DNA of 64,000 nucleotides from Bugula neritina. Taxonomy: Eukaryota; Animalia; Bryozoa. Below the pieces are notes generated by a model, which worked only from the letters and a program-made list of their open reading frames with translations, searched no databases and was not told the DNA's origin. Each line of letters begins with the position of its first letter. Positions within the stretch are counted from its first letter, which is position 1. The translations under genes were made by a program, and so were the position numbers. Positions 49,341 through 60,719 of this stretch are shown here, piece after piece. The stretch is from the NCBI GenBank assembly GCA_964035545.1, contig OZ037770.1, positions 11,366,463 to 11,430,462 of the forward strand. Direction: 5' to 3'.

Positions 49341-50818
49341 TCATGCCAGTGATGTTGTTGAAAAAATCTCATGATTTATATCTATCCCATATAGTGTTTC
49401 GGTTTTATCATTTTCTATGGATATTTTCCCCAATCGAATACTTTTGTAGATAAAGTTTGTAGATTAACTTTAAGTATTAACTGTTTACTACTAGTAGTAG
49501 TGCTGTACTTATAGTTATAGTAATGATAAGTCTATAAGCATAACCATTTCTAGCACAAACTTGATGCCACACGTCAAGTTTTTGCTTTAATCTTTGAATG
49601 CAATCTGTACTAAAAGTAAAAGTAAATATTTTTAAAATTTCTGGCCTTCAGTTTTACAGGCTGAGTTTTAGTTTAAGTTTAACTAATAACTTAAAGTGTA
49701 AGTCTTGAAGTTTAAGATTAGCATCTACATCTAGTTCTACAAATCAAAATGACAATCAATATTGTATCAAAAATTATAAACATAGTCATAATGATAATGA
49801 TACTGATAGTAATGATGATTATTTGATAAGAAAATAATCTTAATGATTTTTATTATAGGGCATTATGATTATTGAATACTTTCAATCATTATGATTTTCA
49901 TAATGATTGTTTTTATCATATTATTATTCATAATGATAATCAATAATTATGATGATAATCATTAAAATTTAATTATAAACAAATCTAGATAGACTTATAG
50001 ACTATAGTTATACTTATACTTATTATTATTATAGTAATAAAAATCTGAAATCCAGCTCACCAGTTAGGGTATAACATTAATTACATCAACATGTCAGGTA
50101 TAAAATTCAATATGTGCATTAGTACTAGTAGGCATGAGGCACTTTGTCAAAGGCATTCTTGAAGTTGAGAACTACAATGTAACTTTCAATGCGTGTTGTT
50201 TTTGTTGTTTCTTAGTCAATCAGTAGCTGTTGGTGTGTTACTATGTCGTTAAAAAATACTGAAACTGAAAAGTATAACCGATTTTAAAAGATTTAACTAA
50301 AACTTAGTCTATCGACCTCAAAGTAAATTGGTATTAATATTACAATACAATACTTAAAGTTAATAGGATATACTTAATCTTATAAAGGGGCAATATATGA
50401 TTTTAGTCTTAAATTGAGTTGCCTTTGGTCATTAGTGTTTTACTAAGTAGTCATAATCATATTGATGGCACTTCTTTTTCAGTATCTTTAACTGTAAGTC
50501 ATATATTTAATTGCAATTATAACTTTGGATCCAAGTCTAATCTTATTGGAATATTGGAAAAAGAGCAGCTGCAGATATTACTATAACAAGTAGTTTTACA
50601 GTTACTAATATTCTGTCTGTTACATATACTCTAACTCTATCTTCTGCTAAAAGTTTTGTCTTATACAAAAAGACAGTAGAATTAGTAGTATAACCGAGTG
50701 AATGATAACAATTATGCTGATCACAACAAGTTTCGTGTCCACAATATGTTTTTATTTAAACCAATTGTAATTGCAGTTGATGTTTGAATCAAGTTGAGGA
50801 TTTACCTAAAACAAAGAA

Positions 50819-53586
50819 ATGAATCTTTTGATGCCGAAAGCCAAGTTACCTGCCTGTTACCTGCTGTACTTGTTTGTGCTCGCGGCTGTTCAAAACAATG
50901 TCGACGGTGTTGACTCCTCCGACATTGCTATTTTGCGGACAGTAGGAGTGGGTATGCCACACTCTTGTCCATTTGTATGTAAGTCACCTTATAGATTCTT
51001 AATTTTTAAGTTTTCATGTCTTCAATTTCTGTCCTCTGCTGCATGCATCACTCAATTTAGTTTTAAACAGTTACTAACTAGTAAACTATGTTTTGCCTGT
51101 ATTTATTTATGATATCTTATAATAATTCTGAATACATTGTTATATGCTGGTATGCAACAATTGGCCTAAAATTAAATAATGCTATATACATTTATTTGTG
51201 ATTCAGTCATTCGCTTAAATAGTCCTCATTATTTCTTGTGATAGTTCAAAGCAGCTATGAACTCTGAGTTTAACCGCAATTAATTTTTCAATCACGCTCA
51301 CACTAACAGATTTTGTTAGTAAAAATCATTATCTTTATTTATTGATGTATTTCACTGATGATTAAATCATCTACAACAGTAGAAATAAACTTCATAGTTA
51401 CCAGCTCTTAGAGCAAATAATTTTATACTAATGTTTTTCTTGTCTTACAAAAAAATATACTGCATGTCTTCATTCACTGTAACTAAAATATATATTTGTT
51501 GTGAGTTATTTTTGCGCTTACTTTTAGATAAAGCAAGAATGCCTTCAGCCCAGGATGGGCTCATCAACTGCACTTGGTATAGTAGTAATGCCTGCTGTAA
51601 AAGAACTGAGGTAATCCTGACTTGTATTTAGAAATTATATATTCTCTGTACACCTCGGAACAATCTAGAATAATTATTCTATGTCTTCCTAGAGTCTGTT
51701 TACAAAACCATTTAGCACTTAAAAATGAAGTTTGGCACCTTTTATATTAATTTTTTTTTAAATTTTTGTTTCGACATGTTATTTAACTGTCTGGAGCAAA
51801 TATAAAGAATACATACTTGTAGCATTATTTTTTTGTGCGTGTTCATATCTGATTGGCTTGTTTTGGTCTGCAATTTGTAAGCCCGGCTATGATTGGTTTG
51901 CTATATATGTAGGTAACTTCAGTGTTCTCTGGAATGTTGCCTCTAGACACACCATCCACTATGGATAAGACCACCGCCAAGCACTGTAGAAACCTAATGA
52001 ACTACATGATGTGTTATTTCTGTGATCCCAATCAGGCTAGCTGGTATAACAGGTGGGTGTTGATGTCCTTGCCATGGCAGGTATTACAGGTGCTTTCAGT
52101 GTAGCAGGTATGAAAGGTGCTTTCAGCGTAGCAGGTTTTACAGGTGCTTTCAGTGTAGCAGGTATGAAAGGTGCTTTCAGCGTAGCAGGTTTTACAGGTG
52201 CTTTCAGTGTAGCAGGTATGAAAGGTGCTTTCAGCATAGCAGGTATGAAAGGTGCTTTTCTTGTAGCAGGTGTGCAAGGTGCTTTCAGTTTAACAGGTGT
52301 GCAAGGTGCTTTCAGTGTAGCAGGTGTGCAAGGTGCTTTCAGTTTAACATGTCTAGCATCTAACTCATTATTATGATGTGTCATAGACTATATGTACTGT
52401 TGTGAAATGATGTGAGCTATAAGTTGAGAATTATTGATTAAAATGGAGTTTATAATTTAAGGATGTCTATAGCATAGTCTGTCCTGTTGTTTATTTCTCT
52501 GCAGGATATTTTTTAGCTTTTCAGTCTTACCATAAATGCGGGCACAATCTATTTTTTTGGCAGCTTTGGTAATTTGTTATTCACAACTTCATCTAATATG
52601 ACTCATAACTCGATCTAATCTAACTTGTAGATCTATCTAACCTAACTCATAACTCTATATAATATGACTCATAACTCTATCTAATATGACTCATAACTCT
52701 ATCTAATATGACTCATAACTCTATGTAATATAACTAATAGGTCTATATAATATGACTCATAACTCTATCTAATATAACTCATAACTCTATCTAATATAAC
52801 TCATAACTCTATATAATATGACTCATAACTCTATCTAATATAACTCATAACTCTATCTAATATAACTCATAACTCTATCTAATATAACTCATAACTCTAT
52901 ATAATATGACTCATAACTCTATATAATATAACTATATAATAGGACTAATAACTCCAATATATATCATAACTCTTCCTGATAAAACTTGTGTTTTGTGTTG
53001 TAGAACTCTACATGTCTGTGAAGGATTTTGTGATGATGTCTACAGTTATTGTGGTAAAGCGGGATACAGTGGTAAAACTATAGGTCAGTTGCAAAACAAT
53101 GTAATATCTCACACAATTGTATTATTTTTGTAATGTTGATCAATAATATCAAATAATATTGGAAATGGCCTACAAAACTAAACATAAGATCCGATTACTG
53201 TTCATTGAATTCGCTGCTAAGCCTATCATGCTGTCTTTTACTGATAGCCTTGTTGTCGCTTTGATATATGGAAATACAGGATCGTTACTGTATATCATCA
53301 TGGGAGCATAGGATAGTATTATGTAGTGCTAATGAGTACCACCATGCATCTCCACCCGCTTTATGTTGATGAATTCTGCTAGGTTGTCCTTTACCTGATG
53401 TGATTTGTCTGTGCAGGTGAACAGTTCGCATCTGGTGCGGAGTTCTGTGAAGCTCAGACATTTAGAGTGATTCCAGGAGACCAGCAGTGCTTCAAGTTTG
53501 ATCCAACAGTGTTTGATGCAAGTGAAAGGGTTGCGCAAAGTTTCTTACTGATGATTTTTTGTGTTTTAGTGTTTATTCTGCACTAG
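50819..53586 (+). CDS. Folate receptor / riboflavin-binding-protein-like Cys-rich protein, ~210 aa, signal peptide and GPI-type hydrophobic tail
   Basis: Exons 50819-50978, 51528-51610, 51913-52052, 53004-53083, 53417-53586 join in frame. Cys pattern C.WY...ACC / C...M..MMC.FC.P.Q / VC..FCD..Y..C / FC / CF is typical of the Folate_rec fold; C-terminal FLLMIFCVLVFILH. Confidence 0.8.
52078..52350. repeat. 27-bp minisatellite (GCAGGTATGAAAGGTGCTTTCAGTGTA), ~10 copies
   Basis: Intronic, directly after the exon 3 donor; explains the repeat ORFs at 52032-52384. Confidence 0.92.
52590..52960. repeat. 22-bp minisatellite (ATAACTCTATCTAATATGACTC)
   Basis: Direct inspection. Confidence 0.9.
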
Positions 53587-54593
53587 TAGAATATTGCTAC
53601 TCTTATGCTTACCATTTCTACCTACTAGTTCTGTGTCGGTGTTTTATTTTTTTATTTCTGTATATTTTAAGTGTTTTCCATGCGTGCCAATCTCAGAATT
53701 TTACTAGTTGAAGCTGCCATATTTAGTGTAAAACTGGGTATAGCTTTTAAAGTCAGTGAACCTAATGGTATTGTTATTTATTTAGGATTTAACCCTTTTT
53801 TGAAATCTCTAAAGAATGTGTCTAACTTTTAAGCTTGCAGTATTTTGTACAATACAGGCAAAAGTTCTATAGTCATAATTCATATACATTTTCTGTATTG
53901 TTTTGTATTTATTTTTTTTAAATATAGTTTTTTAGTTCAATAGTTTTGACTTCTTGGTAAGGAGTCTACCCTTTTTGTTGTGAACTCACTATTTCTGTAT
54001 TTTTGTAGTTACTATTTTGTATAGAGTTGTAATGAAACTTCATTCCTAGTCTGAATACTACTTTATTTTGTTATAACATTATATATTTTCATCTCCAAGT
54101 GTTGGGTTTTATTTCAATTTTAGACTGTGGTCCCACCTTTTACTTGTTTTATTATAAAGCAGCTATTTTGTGTAAGCTTATTTCTCTATGTTTCTGATTT
54201 GCATTTCAAGTATAATTACTTATATAATAATATATATTACATATATATTACATATGTATAGCTTAATTTAACACTATTGTCAAAACTATATAATATTAGG
54301 AAAAAAAGTTCTCAATCATTCTATTATTAAAGAAGCATTTAATTTTTTTGATGTTTTAGTGTTAAAAGGTTTGCTGTAAGATCATTGTGATTCCATCAAA
54401 TGACTAAATTTGGTGCCACAACATGTTTTAGATATATTCAGCTCCGAGTATAAGGTATCATAACCTGAGTAGAAATTACAAAATTTGAATTCAAATAGAT
54501 ATAACTTGTGAAGTAGTTGCAACTAATTTTTGCATTAGTAAATTTTGATATAAAAACTGGCTTGGGACTTTTGCCATTAAATGGTCAACATTA

Positions 54594-54755
54594 GAGCAGT
54601 AGTGGAGAAATTAAGATAGCCTAAGTTGCTTAATTAATTTATTATTAAATTTTGGTTTGGAGTGCAAGTTAAAATTCTTGCAATAACATAACTTCCTATG
54701 CTACACTTTTAATCTAGAACACAAGTTTTTCTCCATTTCTCCATTACTGCACCTC
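54594..54755 (-). mobile_element. MITE, same family as 43809-43958
   Basis: GAGCAGTAGTGGAGAAATT...ATTTCTCCATTACTGCACCTC; interior is the reverse complement of the 43809 copy. Confidence 0.7.
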
Positions 54756-55309
54756 CAATGGCCATACTTGATAATTAATTAAGTTGTTATATTAAGATTC
54801 AGTATGCTAATAAATAGCTTCATAAACTCAATTTTGTAATTTTTGCACTGCAATTTATCTTAGTAGACAAAGCTAGTAATATATAATATTAGCATCTGCA
54901 TCCTACAACAAAAGTTGAACCTATTTTATATTATATTTTACAATATTCAGTTTTAAATATTTCATATCACCACTTATCAGGTAAAGCCACCTGCCATATC
55001 TATACCGCTAGATTATGGTGGGTGGGTTTATTTGTTAGACATAAAATCTGTGTGCATTGCTAGATAAGCCAGTACAAAAGGGCAAACTGACAAAAATCAA
55101 CTCAAAGGTTATTTAAACTAATTAACTGGAGTATATAATTTAAAGAACCTGTTTATGGGCTGTTGGCTCAGGGTTTGAAATGAATCAGACGATGAACCTT
55201 CGTAACATAGACCATAGTATACATGCACCTTCCTCTATATGTTGTGGTAGCTTGTAGCGCAGAACACAGCTATTTGCACCTGTATTATTGAAAGGGCCTC
55301 CGACACCTG

Positions 55310-55662
55310 TGTAGTGAGTAGTGCAAAGTACAAATACGGGAATCGCCCTCTCCCTACTCTTGGAATACTTAGACCCTTATGTAGCAACCAATTAGCAGCT
55401 CCGGAAGATATGCTTCCGATTCACGTGACACTTCCCGGGTTATTAACATTATACCATGTTGTTGTAAGCGGAGGCTTGTAGTAGTAACATGTGTTAGTAG
55501 TTGACTCTTGTATAGGATAATTTGATGTGATGTTTGGTTTATGCTTTATTGTGGATAATAAATATAATTACTCGACAGCTACCCTAGTAATTGATAACAG
55601 AATAACCAGCTAACTATACGCAAGTAAATAACTCACGCTCAGTAATTGCACAAATTACTACA
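55310..55662 (+). repeat. 5' LTR (353 bp)
   Basis: Identical by eye to the 3' LTR; AATAAA at 55557-55562. Confidence 0.97.
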
Positions 55663-55663
55663 G

Positions 55664-55681
55664 TGGTGGCAGCAGTGGGAT
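55664..55681 (+). other. Primer-binding site, complementary to a tRNA-Leu 3' end
   Basis: TGGTGGCAGCAGTGGGAT one base after the LTR; matches the known tRNA-Leu type PBS TGGTGGCAGCGGTGGGAT. Confidence 0.8.
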
Positions 55682-55697
55682 CTTGCGTATAGCAGTC

Positions 55698-56648
55698 ATG
55701 GCAGAAGACGGCACGGAGCTACCCATTCCACTGAATGAAGGTGAGAGAGATAATGTTGATATACCGGTGGAACCAGTGGTGTTAGATGAAGAAGTGAGAA
55801 TTCTTAGAGAGCATGGTGAAAATAGATACCGGCTGAAGGCACCCACCTTCACCGGCGAAGAAGCAGTGGAGCAGTTTATCCAAGAATTCCAGGATGTGAC
55901 GGAGATTGCAGAATGGCCGCCAAGGGTGGCGTTGCTAAAGCTCAGGATGGCGCTGACGGGCAAAGCTAAGCCGTACGGAGCGGGACCTGACATAGACGGA
56001 ATCTTTGCTTCCCTGCGGGCCCGTTTTGGCATCTCTCCCATAGATGCGCGGGCCCGTCTACAGAGGATGCGGCGTGATCCTCACACGTCACTAGAAGAGC
56101 ACGCTGCCACGGTGTACCCACTAGCGCAGATTGCATTCCGCGATCTGCCTCCGGTACACCGTGAGAGGTATACTTATGATGCCTTCGTGCAGTCCATCAA
56201 CGACTTGGGGCTCCACCATCAACTCCAAGCGAGGGGAGTCACCACAGTCGAAGATGCACTTGCGGTGGGAGAAGCCTACCTCTTGGCGACTCATATGCAC
56301 CGCAACCGCGTGGCCTCCCGCCAGGTGACCACGGAGCACTCTACTGCTCACGCCGAATTAGATGCGGAACCCTCCGCGGTGGCTAATGTGAACCAGATGT
56401 CACTAGCGTCAAAAATCTCACAGATGACTGACATGCTAGATAAACTGGTCACCACATTAGCTTCCCCAAGCCAGGTAGATACTGCCCGTGAGCCTAGCGG
56501 GCCGCAGGTACAATCACCAGGCATGGGGCACCATTTCTGCTGGGAATGCGGAAGGCCAGGACATTTCCAGAGAGACTGCCCTCAGCTCCCACAAGGGTTA
56601 AACTACCACGGCCCGCAGATGTTCCCACCTCCTGCGGGCCGTCTGTGA
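55698..56648 (+). CDS. gag: Gag (capsid-like region plus CCHC zinc knuckle), 316 aa
   Basis: ATG 55698; KAPTFTGEEAVEQFIQEF...W retrotransposon gag signature; CWECGRPGHFQRDC knuckle. Confidence 0.92.
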   Translation: MAEDGTELPIPLNEGERDNVDIPVEPVVLDEEVRILREHGENRYRLKAPTFTGEEAVEQFIQEFQDVTEIAEWPPRVALLKLRMALTGKAKPYGAGPDIDGIFASLRARFGISPIDARARLQRMRRDPHTSLEEHAATVYPLAQIAFRDLPPVHRERYTYDAFVQSINDLGLHHQLQARGVTTVEDALAVGEAYLLATHMHRNRVASRQVTTEHSTAHAELDAEPSAVANVNQMSLASKISQMTDMLDKLVTTLASPSQVDTAREPSGPQVQSPGMGHHFCWECGRPGHFQRDCPQLPQGLNYHGPQMFPPPAGRL

Positions 56649-58855
56649 ATTACCCAGGGAGGCCCGCGCGTCTGTCGCCCCGCTGGGCGCCGCGCGGAGA
56701 TGCTGTGAAGTGGCGACCCCCGCGGCAAGTAGGCTCCAGCCACTCGCCACCTGGGTCCTCTACGCCACTCCGGCACCAACACGAAGCCGGCAGACGGTTG
56801 ACCACAGAGCCTGCGAGGGAAACGGTACAGGCGCCGCAAGGCGTACCGCCCCAACCTCGGCAGCTGGTCAATAGTCGCCGCCAACCGTGGACCCCTCGAC
56901 CCACAGCGAGGGAGGTGCAACCACGGCACACACAATTGCAGCCACACGGAAGTAGCTACTTCCTACCAGGAAAGCTAGCCGGCAAGCCTGCCAACTTCCT
57001 CCTGGACTCAGGCTGCACCACCAACCTCCTTAGCCGTCAGTTCTTTGACACCCTCAGCGCTAAGGTCAAGGACAGGTTGGCACCGTATGAGGGGGATCAT
57101 GGCACCCTGGCAGACGGGTCCTGCATTCCCTTCTACGGCATTATTGAGCTAACTGGTTACGTCCGTAACCAGGCCATCCAAGAGACGTTTATCGTCGGGC
57201 AGCTCAACGAGGATGCTATCCTCGGGATGCCATTCTTACAATGACACGGTTGTCGCATCGATTTCAGTAAATCTGCGATGATCATGGGCGACAAGGAGCT
57301 CGCTTGTGTCGATAAGTTTGGTCGTCCTCTAGCGGGAGCAGTGCAGGTAGTACGGAGCTGTACTATACCAGGCCACTCCCGGGCTACCGTCCGCTGCAAG
57401 GTAGACGGTGGCCAAACCTCTAAGTTGGGAGTTGTCGAAAGTACGCACTCGAGAGTCCAACTTGCCCATAGCTTTAGCCGGCTTACGGGACAAGGAGAGA
57501 TCTCAGTGCAGTGTGTCAATCCCTTCTCAGAGACAGTAGACCTACCACCCAGATCCATGCTGGGTCGCTTTCATCCTGTCCAGGAGGAAGCCATTGGGCC
57601 GTCGTCGGGAGCTACGACGGAAGGTCCTCAGCAGAGCCCGTCTCGAGGGCGGAGGACCGTCCCAACCCACGCCTCCCCTCCTCCAGGGACGCGTGGCTGC
57701 ACAGGCAACGGGAAGCGCCAGGCTATGGCTAGGTTGCCACATGGGTACAGTGAGGCGTTCAGCCACACAGACCACGGAGCCCGCCTAAATAGAGCAGGCT
57801 GCCGTGAGGTACCACGGGCGGCGAGGACCGCCCCTGCTCAGCTACTCCAACAGAGGGCTGACACGCCCCCGGAGGCTGCCCAGAGCCTCCGCGCCAAACC
57901 TGTATGGGCTGGTAACGTTAGGGAGCTGCCGAAGCTCCAGGAATGCCTTCCTGGGGTGGTAGCCGACGTGTACCGAGCGAAACAGGAGGGGCGACGACCC
58001 AGTAGTACACAACGGCGACAGGGATGCGCCGAGTTACGGCTGTACTGTCAACGTTGGAGCTCTCTGCGGGTCGGGCCAGATGGTCTGCTAACCATGACCT
58101 TGGCCGCCAACAGCAGACAGCCAGCCAGGAAGAGGGTTGTCTGCCCAGTTGCCATCCGCCGGAAGTTGATACAAGACACCCACGAGGAGACTCACGGAGG
58201 AGTCCAAGGGGTGGTCACCAAGCTACAACTCCGGTGGTACTGGCCTAACATGGAACTGGATATCCGACGCAGAGTGAGACGGTGCAAAGTCTGCCAGACC
58301 AACAAGCATAGCCATCTCCCTGGTGAAGCGGGGCGGCAGACGCATTGTGCGAGAAGGTCTCGGCAGGCGGAGACTGTCAACCTGGCCGGAAACACCTCCA
58401 TGACACGTCAGGAAGACTTGGCGAGGCGAGAAAGGCCACTTCCGTCCTTGAAAGTGCGCTCACCGCCCCCAACGTCAAGCCTGCCATCATCACCACTTCC
58501 GGAACCAGAAACAGGTCCGGAAGTGCAAAAACCCCCCGTGGGAGGGGCTCCGCAAGGAGATACCAACATAGGACCAGGACCACACACTAGGCAACTTCCA
58601 GCGTGTCTCAGAGACTGTGTACGTGACCGCGGTATAAGCGGCAGTAACAAAAGTCTAAAGAGGCCTCGCATGGGAAAACAGGCAAAGAGCCGTGGGAGTT
58701 GTGATCACCACGAGAATCTCAACTTTTGCCTCGGCGGAATCTCACACGAGATTCATCCGCTGGAAGTGAAAAGCCCTAGTCACGTTTCACAACCACGCTG
58801 TCCGATCTTTTCCTATGTTGATGCAGTCGAGAGTAGACGTGCCAGTAAACAGTAA
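56597..58855 (+). pseudogene. pol: Pol remnant: aspartic protease, in-frame TGA (57242-57244), linker, integrase HHCC zinc domain and C-terminal tail; RT, RNase H and rve core deleted
   Basis: -1 frame relative to gag with a slippery-like G_TTA_AAC near 56597; FLLDSGC and AILGMPFL protease motifs; THEETHGG...WYWPNM...CKVC; no YXDD or DDE region. Confidence 0.85.
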
Positions 58856-58878
58856 TCATTTACCACTCTCATTCCAAA

Positions 58879-59931
58879 ATGTCTTACTATTCTGGATCGA
58901 AGGGTGAGTTAATTATGTTTTTGGTACGATAACTAGACTGCATCAGTCAGCTTAGCTACACTAGCTAGCTGGAGATTCGATAATGATAAACAGTGGTGGG
59001 AATACACGTCGACTTTGATTTTAAATAATCTGTCATAGCGAGTGTGTTCTCCATCAACTATTCATTAGCCTGAATCTCATGAGTGTAACTGAACAGAGTA
59101 CCGGTCAGGCTGTACACGCCGACGGTGCCTCAGTGTATAATCTTTAACACTGCTACTCTTTCAGATCACACTCGAGTGACCACCTCCCGGTCACGGGACC
59201 AGCCAACCTCTCTGTCTATGGAAGAAGAGCCTGTAATGGAGAATGGCATACCTGTAGTGCTCCGCCGACGACACCATTGGGTGTCACCCACAACAGAGAG
59301 GAGAATTGAAGAAGCCTGGGGACCCAGTGGACCACACCGAACCTGCCAGGTCTGCTTTGAGGAGTGCCCGTCACACCGCTCCCTGCGTTTACATGTAGAC
59401 GCCCATTTCCTGCTCCACTTCTGTCCCTGCGGGTTCCACGACGTCTACCCGTATCCCGTGACAGTACATAAGCTAAGCTGCTTCGACGGAGAGAACCACA
59501 CTGTTGATGAAGACAGTTTCCCCCTATACCTGGATGCCATCAAGCCAGTCATCAGGAAGGCTATCACCCTGGCCGCACTAACGTCAGGGTTTCACGTACT
59601 GCTACTATCTGCCCGCCATAAGTCCCCTATGGTTCAGGGCCCACCTCCTACCCCCGTCAACCCTAGCAACACCCCAGAAGTAGAAGAAACAACAATATCC
59701 CCTCTAACGGAGACCACTACAACCCCACCAAGGCCTAGCCAGCTGGCTAACGTAGAAGAGCGGCTTATGAGACTACAAGCCGAGTTCACACAACTTGCCC
59801 CTGACCTGCTGGATACGACGACAGGTCTATACCAGTTGAAGGACTCAGTGGGGCGACTGAAGAGGCGGCTACGGGCCCGACAGGCTCGACACAGAGCACG
59901 GTCGCTACAAGAATCAGAGTCCAACCAATGA
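58879..59931 (+). CDS. ORF3 accessory gene of the LTR element: C2H2 + C2HC zinc fingers, Pro/Thr linker, coiled coil, Arg-rich tail (~263 aa, predicted exons 58879-58903 + 59165-59931)
   Basis: Open frame 59125-59931 with CQVC-x12-HVDAH and CPC-x12-HKLSC; acceptor ctctttcag| at 59164; upstream ATG mini-exon ending G|GTGAGT in matching phase 1. Confidence 0.75.
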
Positions 59932-60213
59932 GAATGCCTGGGGTAGGCACCTTCGTTGAGCGATACTCGTTTGGAATGTGACGAGCGCTCCGACATTGGC
60001 CCGCGTGCTGGTAAGCACCCTCTCTCTTAATAGCTGACTAGATGTGTGTGATCGATCACCCTGTTGTCTTCTAATGTAAATGTTGTCGTGTTTAACTATT
60101 TCTCTTCTTACTCTTTGTGGGTTTACTTATGTATGTTTTTCTTTTTGGATTATTGTATAGTTTTTCATTATGTGTTTTTTTTATTGTGTTATCAGAAAGT
60201 AGGGCTTTCTGCT

Positions 60214-60224
60214 GGGGGGGACGG
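60214..60224 (+). other. Polypurine tract
   Basis: GGGGGGGACGG immediately before the 3' LTR. Confidence 0.85.
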
Positions 60225-60577
60225 TGTAGTGAGTAGTGCAAAGTACAAATACGGGAATCGCCCTCTCCCTACTCTTGGAATACTTAGACCCTTATGTAGC
60301 AACCAATTAGCAGCTCCGGAAGATATGCTTCCGATTCACGTGACACTTCCCGGGTTATTAACATTATACCATGTTGTTGTAAGCGGAGGCTTGTAGTAGT
60401 AACATGTGTTAGTAGTTGACTCTTGTATAGGATAATTTGATGTGATGTTTGGTTTATGCTTTATTGTGGATAATAAATATAATTACTCGACAGCTACCCT
60501 AGTAATTGATAACAGAATAACCAGCTAACTATACGCAAGTAAATAACTCACGCTCAGTAATTGCACAAATTACTACA
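60225..60577 (+). repeat. 3' LTR (353 bp)
   Basis: Direct repeat of 55310-55662. Confidence 0.97.
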
Positions 60578-60719
60578 CCTGATCAGGGCATGGGACTGAA
60601 AGGTGCACAACATTATTGTAAGCACTGAGCTGGAATAGATATTATTGAGTTCATTGATTTTAAGGGTCTATTCACAAGTTAACAAATTCATAGATCTCAA
60701 TTATATCTCTGAGAACATT

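Larger units (their letters stand above)
55310..60577 (+). mobile_element. Ty3/Gypsy LTR retrotransposon, non-autonomous (no RT, RNase H or integrase core), 5268 bp
   Basis: LTRs 55310-55662 and 60225-60577 (TGTAGT...ACTACA), 4-bp TSD CCTG (55306-55309 / 60578-60581), PBS, PPT, gag, protease and integrase zinc-binding remnant. Confidence 0.96.

Noticed and set aside
52032-52384. AGMKGAFSV / TCYAES repeat ORFs
   Set aside because: 27-bp intronic minisatellite; the host gene splices across it in frame.
57242-57244. Selenocysteine codon
   Set aside because: The position fits Arg (CGA to TGA) in a non-catalytic site, and no SECIS was recognised.
59125-59931. env gene
   Set aside because: No signal peptide or C-terminal TM anchor; zinc fingers and a basic tail indicate an intracellular protein.
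55658-59996. Antisense and alternate-frame ORFs within the LTR element (e.g. 55658-56041, 57157-57558, 59634-59996)
   Set aside because: Shadows of GC-rich coding frames with no motifs.
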